From positions 9,015 through 73,014 of IMG/VR virus record IMGVR_UViG_3300037846_000091: 64,000 nt of DNA; one strand, 5' to 3'. A program made the position numbers and the translations under genes. The stretch is from a virus. Taxonomy: Duplodnaviria; Caudoviricetes. Within the stretch, counting starts at the first letter, position 1, and each line of letters begins with the position of its first letter. Below, one piece after another: positions 8,833-18,022 of the stretch. The notes under the pieces were generated by a model that searched no databases, was not told the origin of the DNA, and was given only the letters and a program-made list of their open reading frames with translations.

Positions 8833-9972
8833 ATGCCGCGTACCCCACGGTTTCCAAAGTATCCCGCTCGCGCCCATCCCAACGGACAAGCGAGAATAAG
8901 CGTAGCCAAGGTGCAAATATACTTGGGGGCCTTCGGCAGCGCCGAGTCCTGGCGCGAGTACAACCGCCTTCTCGCCGAGTGGACCGCCGCCCGCGCAGGC
9001 GAGCCCCTGCCCGCAGCGCCTGCCGGCAAGCTGACGGTCGCGGTCCTGGTCGTGCTGTTCCTGCACGCCGCCGAGAAGGATCGCACGGACCCCGAGTTCA
9101 GGGAGTATCGCATCACGTGCGAAACGCTGGTGCAACTCTACGGCGACCGCCCGGCTGTGGAGTTCGGCCCGATCGCGCTGCGTGCGGTCAGGCAAGCGTG
9201 GGTCGATGCCGGGTGCTGCCGAAGGACGTGCAACCAGCGTGCTGGCAGGGTCAAGACGATGCTCAAGTGGGCCGTCGCGGAGGAGCTTGTACCCGCCAGC
9301 GTCCACGAGGCCCTGCTGCGTGTGCCTGGCTTGCAAGCTGGCCGCACGTCGGCTCCAGACCGGCCGAAGGTGTTGCCGGTGTCGCCAGAGGTCGTGGAGC
9401 GCACGCTGCCCTGGCTGTCGCCGGTGCTTCAGGCGATGGTCCGCGTGCAGCAGTACACCGGAATGCGTCCGGGGGAAGTGTGCATCATGCGGCCGACGGA
9501 CCTGGATCGATCCTCGCTAGCCATCGATGGGGTGCCGATATGGGTTTTTAGGCCATCGATGCACAAGGGGCTGTGGCGGGGCAAGTCGAAAGCCGTGGTG
9601 ATCGGCCCCAAAGCCCAGGCCGTGCTGCTGCCGTTCCTGGACCGCGCCCCCGACGCCTATCTCTTCACGCCGGCCGAATCGCGCGGAGGTGTCAGGCCGC
9701 CCGGCAGTAAGCGTGCGCCGGGGGCTCGCTGGATGAACTACGCCTACGCCAACGCAATCCATTGGGCCATTGACCGCGCCAACCGGCACGGTGAGGAGAT
9801 CCCGCATTGGACTCCCCACCAGGTGCGCCACCAGGTCGCAACCGAGGTCAGGGCGCAGTACGGGCTGGAGGCGAGCCGGAACGTCCTTGGCCATTCCGAC
9901 CCCGGCATTACACTTCTCTACGCCGAACGCGACCTGCAAGCGGCTGCGGCCATCGTGGCGAAGTTGGGGTGA
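8833..9972 (+). CDS. int: Tyrosine recombinase / phage integrase
   Basis: TGMRPGEV, PHQVRH, GHS and LLYAE catalytic motifs; GAGGA RBS before ATG 8833 (alternative start 8815). Confidence 0.95.
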   Translation: MPRTPRFPKYPARAHPNGQARISVAKVQIYLGAFGSAESWREYNRLLAEWTAARAGEPLPAAPAGKLTVAVLVVLFLHAAEKDRTDPEFREYRITCETLVQLYGDRPAVEFGPIALRAVRQAWVDAGCCRRTCNQRAGRVKTMLKWAVAEELVPASVHEALLRVPGLQAGRTSAPDRPKVLPVSPEVVERTLPWLSPVLQAMVRVQQYTGMRPGEVCIMRPTDLDRSSLAIDGVPIWVFRPSMHKGLWRGKSKAVVIGPKAQAVLLPFLDRAPDAYLFTPAESRGGVRPPGSKRAPGARWMNYAYANAIHWAIDRANRHGEEIPHWTPHQVRHQVATEVRAQYGLEASRNVLGHSDPGITLLYAERDLQAAAAIVAKLG

Positions 9973-10081
9973 GGCGGAAAAAACCTACACTAACATACGC
10001 AAAAATATACGTGACTCCCCAAGCCTATTACCTGTCATCTCTTGGCACTACGGCGCTCCCTGGTAGCTAATCCCCCTGGTA

Positions 10082-10471
10082 GTGTACACAAGAACACTAC
10101 CAGCCGTCAGCTGCCAGAGTGCGTCAGTGCCCGACCTTCGCCACCGCCTGCTCGCCGCCGCGTTTGAACTGCTCTCCCAAAGCCAGCAGCCCTCGCCCGC
10201 GCTGTTTACCGTGACCATCCACGCAGCTGACGGATCGGCCGACCTGGTGTTCCCAGCACGGCCGGGCGAGTTCGGCGTCGAGGTCAACGGCGACCTATCC
10301 GACCTGCACCGGGCCATCCTGCGCGTGCTGACAGACGTACCCCAGAGCGTCAAGGTGCTGGCCCGGCTGGCGGGGTACTCCTACTCGCCGCGGTTCCGCG
10401 CTGGGGTGGCGGACCTTGTACGCCGGGGGATGGCGGCGCGGATGCCGGATGGGATCAGGCGGGCGGGGTAG
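10082..10471 (+). CDS. Hypothetical protein with C-terminal HTH-like region
   Basis: VLARLAGYSYSPRFRAGVADLVRRG helical pattern. Confidence 0.5.
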   Translation: MYTRTLPAVSCQSASVPDLRHRLLAAAFELLSQSQQPSPALFTVTIHAADGSADLVFPARPGEFGVEVNGDLSDLHRAILRVLTDVPQSVKVLARLAGYSYSPRFRAGVADLVRRGMAARMPDGIRRAG

Positions 10472-10637
10472 CGCGAATGGCGGCAACGAGTTCGCAGACC
10501 GCGTCGGCAACCGTTGCACCGGGAGGCTCAACGTAATTCCAGACGACCATGGCGCACCGCTCACGTTCCGCGGCGACGGCACGCGCTATCATGGCGTCTA
10601 CGTCCTCCAGCACTTTCATTTGCGATTCAGGGGACAT
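10455..10637 (-). CDS. Small phage hypothetical protein
   Basis: AERERCA..AAIRA motif typical of phage ORFans; coupled to 10627-10980. Confidence 0.65.
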   Translation of the reverse strand: MSPESQMKVLEDVDAMIARAVAAERERCAMVVWNYVEPPGATVADAVCELVAAIRATPPA

Positions 10638-10980
10638 TCTCGCTCTCCTTTTCGCAGTTGGCCTTGAACCATGCGTCACTTGTCGTCAACGGCGTCAACG
10701 GGTCAGCGTGTTCAGCGCCAGCCACGGACCACCATTCGCCATCGTCCTCGACCAGATACCGGAAAATCTTGGAGAGTCGCCATTTATTGCCCACCGGCTC
10801 TGACCACCAGCGACGGCGGATTTGCACGTCCATTGCGTTGCGGGCCAGGGCGCAAAATTCGGCGTCCACCTCGCCGCCACAATCAGCCACAGGCGACCCG
10901 TCAGCAGCCAACGCGAGCCCGCTCCCGTCGAATGGGCATACCCACGGTGCCGGCGTCAGACGCGAAAGGTCAAAAGACAT
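10627..10980 (-). CDS. Phage hypothetical protein, paralog of 1601-1954
   Basis: Same conserved blocks and same length (117 aa). Confidence 0.75.
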   Translation of the reverse strand: MSFDLSRLTPAPWVCPFDGSGLALAADGSPVADCGGEVDAEFCALARNAMDVQIRRRWWSEPVGNKWRLSKIFRYLVEDDGEWWSVAGAEHADPLTPLTTSDAWFKANCEKESENVP

Positions 10981-11074
10981 TATCGCTCTCCTCTATCGCG
11001 GACTGTTTAGCTCTCGTCACGGACGGGACAGTTAGGTACTGCGCGACGGCCTCGCGTCAGGCGATACTGTCGGC

Positions 11075-11353
11075 ATGGACACGACACCCGACTACCTGAC
11101 TGCGGCGGAAGTGGCCAAGCGGCTGCATTGCTCGCTAGCCACAATTTACCGCTGGACGCTCTCCGGCAAGCTCCGCGCTCTCAAGCGTGGCCGCGTCTAC
11201 CTGTTCCTCTGGTCGGACGTGGAAGCGGCCCTGGAGCCAACGCAGCCTATCCGGCTGACCACCCGCCGCGAGCTGGACCGGCAGCAGGCCGAAGCATGGC
11301 GCGTGCTGGAGGAGCGCTTCGGCATCAAGCAACGTGCCGCCGGCCGCGCGTAG
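11075..11353 (+). CDS. xis: Excisionase-like HTH (MerR-type, HTH_17) protein
   Basis: YLTAAEVAKRLHCSLATIYRW..GKLRALKRGR; near integrase. Confidence 0.8.
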   Translation: MDTTPDYLTAAEVAKRLHCSLATIYRWTLSGKLRALKRGRVYLFLWSDVEAALEPTQPIRLTTRRELDRQQAEAWRVLEERFGIKQRAAGRA

Positions 11354-11362
11354 GGGTTAGAC

Positions 11363-11743
11363 TCAGGCGTCGGGGTCGGGCTGCCGAATCGACGCGATTT
11401 CCTTGCACATGCGGGCCAGGTCGCGTTCCACGGCCGGCCTCGCGGCTTCCGACAGGTATTCGGACATTGAGATACCGCGATACACCGCAGCCAGCTTCAG
11501 GAGCCGGTGGAGTTCGTAGTGAATTTTGATGTTCGCGGTTTTGCGGTCGCGCTTCTCTTCGACCGGCTCGGGTAGTTCGCCAACAGGCATTCGTACCCGG
11601 TCCTTTTTGATGACCGGGCCGACGATTTCAGAAAGGTAGTCGGCAACGTCCACGTCACGCCAGGCGGAAACCGTCTGGGCCATGCGGTACACAGTGGCGT
11701 CGATTTTTACAGACACCTTGCCGGCCATCAGGTCAACGACCAT
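11363..11743 (-). CDS. Tandem ribbon-helix-helix repressor-like protein
   Basis: Two units SVKIDATVYRMAQ..VADYLSE and NIKIHYELHRLLK..MSEYLSE; divergent from the early promoter; start 11743 or 11728. Confidence 0.75.
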   Translation of the reverse strand: MVVDLMAGKVSVKIDATVYRMAQTVSAWRDVDVADYLSEIVGPVIKKDRVRMPVGELPEPVEEKRDRKTANIKIHYELHRLLKLAAVYRGISMSEYLSEAARPAVERDLARMCKEIASIRQPDPDA

Positions 11744-11832
11744 GCAGCTGATTGTCCCCAAGACACAGAAAGATTCTAACCGCGCACGCATTTACCATTG
11801 TACCACAATCCCTCTGGCGTAAAATCGGCCGT

Positions 11833-11862
11833 CGGAAAAAAGTTTGCAAATTCTTTTTTCGG
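11833..11862. promoter_or_regulatory. Palindromic operator candidate
   Basis: CGGAAAAAAG-TTTGCAAA-TT-CTTTTTTCGG directly upstream of the -35. Confidence 0.55.
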
Positions 11863-11865
11863 CTA

Positions 11866-11894
11866 TTGACAAAGCCGGTAGAACAGTCTACCAT
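11866..11894 (+). promoter_or_regulatory. Early promoter
   Basis: TTGACA-17-TACCAT. Confidence 0.75.
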
Positions 11895-11934
11895 AGGGAC
11901 AGTGACGAACGAAAGCCCCGCACTGGAGACGACG

Positions 11935-12213
11935 ATGAACGCGACCGCAAGGCTGACGGTGGTGGACCTGAAGAGGGAAGCCTCGAAGCATGGGGCGACG
12001 GTGACGCGGTTTCTCGGCACGCGGTGGACCGGCTACATGGTGGACGCGCCACACGGCAAGACGTGGGCCAGCGACCCCGGCCTGCACGGCATCAAGGTCG
12101 AATGGCTCAATGGAGACGCAGACCACAGGACGCAGGCTATCGCGGACGCAATCGAGCGCATGGTTCCCGGCCTGGACGACTGCGGCGAACCGGGCTGCGA
12201 CTCGTGCAGCTAA
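11935..12213 (+). CDS. Early hypothetical protein
   Basis: GGAG RBS; first gene after the promoter. Confidence 0.65.
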   Translation: MNATARLTVVDLKREASKHGATVTRFLGTRWTGYMVDAPHGKTWASDPGLHGIKVEWLNGDADHRTQAIADAIERMVPGLDDCGEPGCDSCS

Positions 12214-12246
12214 CCCCCAACCCCACGCCCAGCAGGAGCCTGACCC

Positions 12247-12423
12247 ATGCTCGGCTGTATCTCCGCTCTCGTTTTGTTGACCGCCGGCACCGCCATCGGC
12301 GTCGGCATCGCTCGCGTGCTGATTGCCTGGTGCGACGACGCCCCGCAGCCCGAGACGGCGTGCAAGAACGTGTGGTGCAGTGTGTGCAACGACGACGGCA
12401 GGCCGTGCAACCGATGCCGATGA
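12247..12423 (+). CDS. TM-anchored Cys-cluster microprotein, paralog of 13365-13559
   Basis: AGGAG RBS; hydrophobic helix then CKNVWCSVC..CNRC. Confidence 0.7.
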   Translation: MLGCISALVLLTAGTAIGVGIARVLIAWCDDAPQPETACKNVWCSVCNDDGRPCNRCR

Positions 12424-12436
12424 AAGGAGCCTGACC

Positions 12437-12685
12437 ATGTCCGCCTACGAGACTGCCCGCCACCGGGAACAGGTGGAGCGACTGAGCGACCGCATCAAGG
12501 ACTTGCAGGACGAGGTCCTGAATCTGGAATCCGAGAAGGCGATGCTGCGGGAGGTCCTCGCAAGTGTCCTCTCGGATGTCGGCTACGCCTGCGATGCCAA
12601 CGAATGCGAGTGTGGGAACTTCGACGAAAACGGTTCCTGCTGCCACACGCTCGGGCGCACCGCCCTGGCCTTAATCTCGGAGTAA
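12437..12685 (+). CDS. Coiled-coil plus Cys-rich hypothetical protein
   Basis: AAGGAG RBS. Confidence 0.7.
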   Translation: MSAYETARHREQVERLSDRIKDLQDEVLNLESEKAMLREVLASVLSDVGYACDANECECGNFDENGSCCHTLGRTALALISE

Positions 12686-12687
12686 CC

Positions 12688-12918
12688 ATGCCCGAGCTAA
12701 CCGCGGCCGACAACGATGCCTTTGGAACGTGGTTTCCCGACGAGCCGCAGTCTCGATACGCGACTTGCCCGCAGTGCGGCTGCCTCCTGACCAACGGCGT
12801 GTGCCTGGAGTGCGAGAGAATTTGGGAGCTGCGGAACGCCCGGCAGCAGCGGGAGATCTCTGCGGACGCGGTACGGGTGGCGCAGACGCTGCGGACGGAC
12901 GACGCGGTGCCGTTCTGA
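12688..12918 (+). CDS. Zinc-ribbon hypothetical protein
   Basis: CPQCG..CLEC; ends DAVPF. Confidence 0.65.
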   Translation: MPELTAADNDAFGTWFPDEPQSRYATCPQCGCLLTNGVCLECERIWELRNARQQREISADAVRVAQTLRTDDAVPF

Positions 12919-13128
12919 GGAGCCAACGCCAGTGTGTCTGCGAAGCGGCTTTCGTCGGCCGCAACGTCCTTCGGGGCAGGCAGACGTGACGGCCTGGCGT
13001 ATCCCGCAGCGTCCGAGTCGCTTAAAAGCGGCGACTTCCTGCGGAGTAGTAAGGGGACGGGCCTACGCCGGATAGAGAGTGATCCGGCATCCTTAACCGA
13101 AAGGACTCTGGCCGTGGAAGCAACCAAG

Positions 13129-13368
13129 ATGAAACGGGACATGACGGCGGATGAACTGGAGGCGGTTCGCACCATGCGGATGCCGGTTCACTGTCGGACC
13201 ATGACTCGCCCGAGTCGCGTCCGTGAAGGAACCTGGGTGTTCTCCGACCTGGAAGAACTGACCAAGGAAAACCTTGACAAGCTGGAGGCTGAATACCGCG
13301 CCAAGGGATGGCACGAAGCCGGCCCCTACTTCGTCCGAACCTCCAAGGCCGAAGGAGTCTCCCCATGA
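13129..13368 (+). CDS. Hypothetical protein
   Basis: ATGA overlap with next gene. Confidence 0.55.
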   Translation: MKRDMTADELEAVRTMRMPVHCRTMTRPSRVREGTWVFSDLEELTKENLDKLEAEYRAKGWHEAGPYFVRTSKAEGVSP

Positions 13369-13559
13369 CCAGCGCTATCGCAATCGCCCTGTTCTGCGTC
13401 GTCGGCTGGTACGCAGGCGTCGGCCTGTACCACCTGAGTCAGTGGCTCTTGAACGATGCTCCCGCGACGGAGCCGACCTGCAAGAACATCTGGTGTTCGC
13501 TGTGCAAAGATCGCAGTCCGGCGGGTTGCCCGGGCTGTCAGCAGAGGGTGGGACCATGA
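13365..13559 (+). CDS. TM-anchored Cys-cluster microprotein, paralog of 12247-12423
   Basis: GAAGGAG RBS; CKNIWCSLC..CPGC. Confidence 0.7.
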   Translation: MTSAIAIALFCVVGWYAGVGLYHLSQWLLNDAPATEPTCKNIWCSLCKDRSPAGCPGCQQRVGP

Positions 13560-13786
13560 CCGACAAGCTCCATCGCCTCATCGCCCACCTGCTCGACCTG
13601 TCCCGACGCCGTACGGCCGACGCCGCCCAGGCGAGCGCAGACGGATACCGGATCGCGGCAGCTGGCGGCCGTGGGCAGGCTTCGGCATATGAGAACGCGT
13701 CGATACTGCTGCGGGAAGCGTTGGACGGGCCGGACCCTGAGCCTCACGAGTGGACGGCCGAAGAAATTCTAGCCAGGGAGGGATGA
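13556..13786 (+). CDS. Hypothetical protein
   Basis: ATGA coupling. Confidence 0.6.
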   Translation: MTDKLHRLIAHLLDLSRRRTADAAQASADGYRIAAAGGRGQASAYENASILLREALDGPDPEPHEWTAEEILAREG

Positions 13787-13787
13787 A

Positions 13788-13991
13788 ATGGACGTTTCGA
13801 TGGGTCACATTTTCTACACCACGCTGCCCAAATTCGTTGCCGTGCAGGTGTCCTCCGAGCGATGGCAGATTGCTGAACTCACTCCGTTTGAGGAAGGAAA
13901 CGACAGCGGCAGGCCGGCAACCTACTCGCTCATAGGCCCGAAGTTGAGTCAAGGTGCCTGCAACAATGAGCTAAGCAGACTGCAAAAGTGA
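13788..13991 (+). CDS. Hypothetical protein
   Basis: GGAGGG RBS. Confidence 0.5.
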   Translation: MDVSMGHIFYTTLPKFVAVQVSSERWQIAELTPFEEGNDSGRPATYSLIGPKLSQGACNNELSRLQK

Positions 13992-14052
13992 CCTTCATCA
14001 CGGCTGGCTTGTTGCCGGCCGGGCCTCCCAACGGCGACGGGAGGCCGAATAC

Positions 14053-14271
14053 ATGACGAGGGTGTTAAAGATGACCGTTCAAGAGCTAATCCAAGAACTA
14101 CAGGACGCAATCGACAATAAATCAACGGTTTACTTCACCCCGCTCCAACATCGGTGCGCGACTCGGGGGAAAATAGACCGGGTCGTCATCGTTGAAAGTG
14201 GAGTGTACCTGTCATCTTCTGAGCAGACTGAGTACCTGGATTCCGACGCAAGCGATGCGTTCGGACTGTAA
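14053..14271 (+). CDS. Hypothetical protein
   Basis: MTVQELIQELQ start typical of phage ORFans (start 14053 or later). Confidence 0.55.
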   Translation: MTRVLKMTVQELIQELQDAIDNKSTVYFTPLQHRCATRGKIDRVVIVESGVYLSSSEQTEYLDSDASDAFGL

Positions 14272-14406
14272 CGATTACGCCCTTCAGCTTGGCGCTGCGG
14301 GGCAGCCCCAGGCTCCTGACCAGGAAGGCCCGGGGTTTACCACACGGAAGATGCCGCCTGGCGTTCGCGGCTGACGTGGCGCAGGGATGCGCCTGGGGGA
14401 CGTGCG

Positions 14407-14883
14407 ATGCCGAAGATCGAAAAGTATCCCCCTGGATACACGGACGCCGAGAAGCGCTGGCATCGGTTCATCGACAAGATGGTAGAGGGACTTCGCCAGC
14501 GTTGCGACGGGCTGAAAACGTCGCCGCTGTACTGGATGGCGTCGGATGAAAGCGACGTGCGCTGCTACGGGTGCGCCGGCAAGCGCCGCTGCGGCGGCAC
14601 GAACAGCGACGAAGAGGACGGCCAGCGGTTCTGCTCCAAATGCGGCAAGGTGCTGGAGCACTCGTTCACGGATGAAGGCATTGATGAGGAGATCGCCTCT
14701 TCTACCGAAGAGGACATGCTGGACCGGCCCATCAGCGGCGTGGAGGCGTATACCCTGCTCGCCATCATCGACTGCGGCTGGCCGCGACTGACGGAACGCT
14801 GCGGCGACTGGACGTATCGACCGGACCTGAAGCCGGCATTGAGGATCATCGCCGAGAGGCTGGCCATCGGGCAGGAGCCGTAA
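14407..14883 (+). CDS. Cys-containing hypothetical protein
   Basis: CYGC and CSKC pairs. Confidence 0.6.
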   Translation: MPKIEKYPPGYTDAEKRWHRFIDKMVEGLRQRCDGLKTSPLYWMASDESDVRCYGCAGKRRCGGTNSDEEDGQRFCSKCGKVLEHSFTDEGIDEEIASSTEEDMLDRPISGVEAYTLLAIIDCGWPRLTERCGDWTYRPDLKPALRIIAERLAIGQEP

Positions 14884-15101
14884 CCATGCTGACCGACGAC
14901 GACCTGGCCGCGCACGACCGTTCGGGACAACCGTGAGGTAGCGTCCCGAAAGAGCTACGAAGACCGTGAGCCTTACGCATCGCCAGGTTGGACAGCCGGG
15001 CGCTCTGTGGGACAGGAACAAGCGAATCCTGCCCTACGGCTCACGAGAGTAGCGAGTCCAAGATGATTGAGGTTGTTTAACCGGCAGCGGGAGGGGAAGA
15101 G

Positions 15102-15527
15102 ATGGCTGACCACGAAAAGACCATGCGTGAGCTTGAGGATTTGTGCAGCCGCTCGCCGGCAATGTGGTTCGTTGAAGAATCCGAACGCGCCCGCCTGCTG
15201 CTTCAGCCCCTGCTAGACATGGTGCGCGACCTGAAGGAACGGAACCGCATCGGCGGCCAATTTCAGGATCAGTGCCAAAACCTGGCGGCACTGAACAAAG
15301 ACCTTGAACGTCAGATAAGTGTTGCCATCGACCGTAGCGAGGAATGGAAGTCGATGGCCATTCGGTACAAGGAACTGTCCGACGCCCGCGGCGAGGCTCT
15401 GGACAGCAAACGGTTCAGAGACGGCCTGCTTCGCATCGCCGCACGCTGCGGGGACTGGAGCCCGGCCGACGTGCGGGCAAACGTGGCCGATCTGCTGGGG
15501 TGCAAGGTGGAGGAGTTGGAGCGATGA
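15102..15527 (+). CDS. Coiled-coil hypothetical protein
   Basis: GGAGGGG RBS. Confidence 0.65.
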   Translation: MADHEKTMRELEDLCSRSPAMWFVEESERARLLLQPLLDMVRDLKERNRIGGQFQDQCQNLAALNKDLERQISVAIDRSEEWKSMAIRYKELSDARGEALDSKRFRDGLLRIAARCGDWSPADVRANVADLLGCKVEELER

Positions 15528-15760
15528 CTGACAACCTTTTGAGTCGCCTGGACGAAGCGAGCGTCGGCCTGGGCCTGTCTCCTACCAACGGTCTGGCCCA
15601 GGAAGCGGCCAAGGAAATCCGACGCCTGCGCCGCTACGAGCAGGCCGTTGCCGAAATGGCCAAGCAATTCTGTTCACCCACGTTTACCGCCGAAGAACTG
15701 GTCGCGCAGTGCCTCGGCGAGCCGCTGCCGAAGTCGAAACACAAGAGGGCAACAAGGTGA
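15524..15760 (+). CDS. Hypothetical protein
   Basis: ATGA coupling; EAAKEIRRLR motif. Confidence 0.65.
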   Translation: MTDNLLSRLDEASVGLGLSPTNGLAQEAAKEIRRLRRYEQAVAEMAKQFCSPTFTAEELVAQCLGEPLPKSKHKRATR

Positions 15761-15981
15761 AAACGGACATGCGTACTCTCCTGGTCGAAGGCATCAAGAG
15801 CGCCCTGTCCGATGAGTCCTTCCGCGACCAGATCAAGGCCGCCCTGAGAACGAAGCTGGCCAAGGTCCTCATCGAGCGGTTCGGCGGCGAGCTGGAGAAA
15901 CAGGTCAACACGCTAAAGAGCGACCCGGCAACGCGGGCACGCATCACCCTGGCAATCGAAGAGATCATAAAGACAAAGTGA
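15757..15981 (+). CDS. Hypothetical protein
   Basis: GTGA coupling. Confidence 0.6.
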   Translation: MKTDMRTLLVEGIKSALSDESFRDQIKAALRTKLAKVLIERFGGELEKQVNTLKSDPATRARITLAIEEIIKTK

Positions 15982-16004
15982 CCACCCATTCAAGGAGGAA
16001 TCGC

Positions 16005-16169
16005 ATGTTGGTTTTGACCAGAAAAATTGGCGAGCGTATCCACATTGGTGACAAGATCGTCCTGGTGGTGGTGAGCATCGACGGGAGAAGGATCAAGCTG
16101 GGCATCGAGGCGGACAAGGACATCCCGGTGTTCCGCTCTGAACTGATAAAGCGGAAGGAGCAACGATGA
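16005..16169 (+). CDS. csrA: Carbon storage regulator CsrA/RsmA
   Basis: MLVLTRKIGERIHIGD..IKLGIEADKDIPVFRSEL; AAGGAGG RBS. Confidence 0.93.
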   Translation: MLVLTRKIGERIHIGDKIVLVVVSIDGRRIKLGIEADKDIPVFRSELIKRKEQR

Positions 16170-16447
16170 TACACATCCGCACTGACAACGAGCGAGAGAA
16201 CAGTAAAAGCCGGTTCGCCTGCGGCATCGGTCCTGAGATTCCGTCTGGTGACGTGTACTTCTTCGAGAGCGAGGGCCTGCGGCGCGTAGCCGCTCACCTT
16301 GCCGTGCATGGCGGGGAAGTGTGTCCGGGCTGTTTCCCTGGAGGCAAGCCAGAGCTTGGCACGCCGATTTCTCAGGTGTCCGGCCGACCCGGGCATCCTG
16401 GGTACGCGGAATTCAAGAGGATCGCTGACTCCTGGGGGTATCCATGA
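16166..16447 (+). CDS. Hypothetical protein
   Basis: ATGA coupling. Confidence 0.65.
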   Translation: MIHIRTDNERENSKSRFACGIGPEIPSGDVYFFESEGLRRVAAHLAVHGGEVCPGCFPGGKPELGTPISQVSGRPGHPGYAEFKRIADSWGYP

Positions 16448-16830
16448 AAACCTATCCCCGATGCCGTCACTGCGGTGTGGGCAACGCAACACGAAGCCGC
16501 GGTTTGTGCTGGGCTTGTTATACGACGCCAGCAATACGCAAGGCGAACCCATCGGTATCCCGCTACTCGCCCGGCGACCACGAGCCCACGCAAGCCGAAG
16601 TCGATGCGATGCTCGCCGCCGCGCTGCCAGCGCCTGAGCCGGTGGAGATGCCCGACCCCGGCCGCACGCTGGGAGAGCGTCTGCGGTCGCTGGTGCGCGA
16701 GGTGGACGACAGGGCCGGCGGACGGGCGCCGGATTCGGAGCTGGCCGTCACGCTGACGCGGCGGGGGTTCCCGGTGCTGCGGGCGGACGTGTGGCGTGAG
16801 GTCGCGTGTGCGAGGAGGCAGACGGCATGA
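16444..16830 (+). CDS. Zinc-finger hypothetical protein
   Basis: CRHC..RGLCWACY. Confidence 0.65.
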   Translation: MKTYPRCRHCGVGNATRSRGLCWACYTTPAIRKANPSVSRYSPGDHEPTQAEVDAMLAAALPAPEPVEMPDPGRTLGERLRSLVREVDDRAGGRAPDSELAVTLTRRGFPVLRADVWREVACARRQTA

Positions 16831-17069
16831 AATCTCTACTCTCCCGCCTCCTCGGCCTGTTTCGCCGCCAGCCCGCCCCGCGCTTCGGCTTGCTGATCGC
16901 ACGCACGACGATCACCAACTCGCTTGGCACGATCCACGCAGCCGACATGCTCTTGCAGCGCCCTGGCGACGGCGCGTGGCCGATACCGCTCACCAGGAGA
17001 ATGGACTGGCGGCCGTTGTGCGGGGGTAAGTTTCACGGGTGCTTCCTGAACCTGGCGAGCATCAACTGA
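16827..17069 (+). CDS. Hypothetical protein
   Basis: GAGGAGG RBS, ATGA coupling. Confidence 0.55.
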   Translation: MKSLLSRLLGLFRRQPAPRFGLLIARTTITNSLGTIHAADMLLQRPGDGAWPIPLTRRMDWRPLCGGKFHGCFLNLASIN

Positions 17070-17085
17070 CACAGAGGTTTAACCC

Positions 17086-17481
17086 ATGTGCTTTGACCAT
17101 GACGAATATGCCGAAGTGTACCGAGAAAGCACACACCGCGCTCGCAAGACTTACCGTTGCCTTGAGTGCCATCTGCCAATTCGGCCCGGTGAAGAGTACC
17201 AGTCGGTTTTCACGGTGTTCGAGGGACACGCCAGTACAACACGAACCTGTTCTGTCTGCGAATGGTTCCGCGAGCGGATTGCCAACCACGAACGGGAAGA
17301 GGGTTGCCAGGGAGCGGAGGCGTACCCAGCCTTCGGCGACTTGGAACAAGCTCTGGAGACAAACGAGTTTTCCGAGAACGGTTACAGCCGCCTGATAGGC
17401 ATGGTTCCATTGCAGAGGATAGGTGTTGGCGAAGACGGAACCGTTGAATGGTCAGATTACAACTACGGGGGTGAAGGATGA
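17086..17481 (+). CDS. Cys-containing phage protein
   Basis: ARKTYRCLEC..IRPGEEY..CSVC. Confidence 0.7.
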   Translation: MCFDHDEYAEVYRESTHRARKTYRCLECHLPIRPGEEYQSVFTVFEGHASTTRTCSVCEWFRERIANHEREEGCQGAEAYPAFGDLEQALETNEFSENGYSRLIGMVPLQRIGVGEDGTVEWSDYNYGGEG

Positions 17482-18020
17482 GCACCACACTGGCCCCCTA
17501 CACCACAGACCGCGACCTGGCTCGCCTGCGTGCCGACGCCGACGCACTGACGGCGGAGCGCGACCAGCTGCGGGAGGACGTGGCTTTGTTGAGAAAGCGG
17601 GTTCTAGTTTATCTCGCCATTCCTTACAGCCACCCCGATCCGGGTGTACGTGAGTGGCGATTCCGTCAGGCCAACACCGTCTCAGCTCAACTGATGGGTC
17701 AGGGCCACAAGGTATTCTCGCCGATCACCCACACGCACCCGATAGCCGTTCAGTGTGGCCTGCCGCTGGGATTCGACTTCTGGCAAGAGTACGACGAAGC
17801 AATCCTTGCCGCTTGCGCCGAGATGGTCGTCATCACCCTGGACGGATGGCAGCAATCCAAGGGAGTACAGGGAGAGATGGAGATTGCCAAGCGACTCGGA
17901 ATACCGATCCGGTTCATGGAGGCCGAAGTAACGTCGGGCCGTGTCGATGTTGAGGAAATGGACCGACTGCGGACGGAGAACGACCGGCTGAAGCGCATCA
18001 TCGCGGAGGGGGGACACTGA
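17478..18020 (+). CDS. DUF1937 / nucleoside 2-deoxyribosyltransferase-like protein
   Basis: YLAIPYSH, FSPITHTH, WQEYDEAIL, SKGVQGEMEIA. Confidence 0.75.
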   Translation: MSTTLAPYTTDRDLARLRADADALTAERDQLREDVALLRKRVLVYLAIPYSHPDPGVREWRFRQANTVSAQLMGQGHKVFSPITHTHPIAVQCGLPLGFDFWQEYDEAILAACAEMVVITLDGWQQSKGVQGEMEIAKRLGIPIRFMEAEVTSGRVDVEEMDRLRTENDRLKRIIAEGGH

Positions 18021-18022
18021 CG

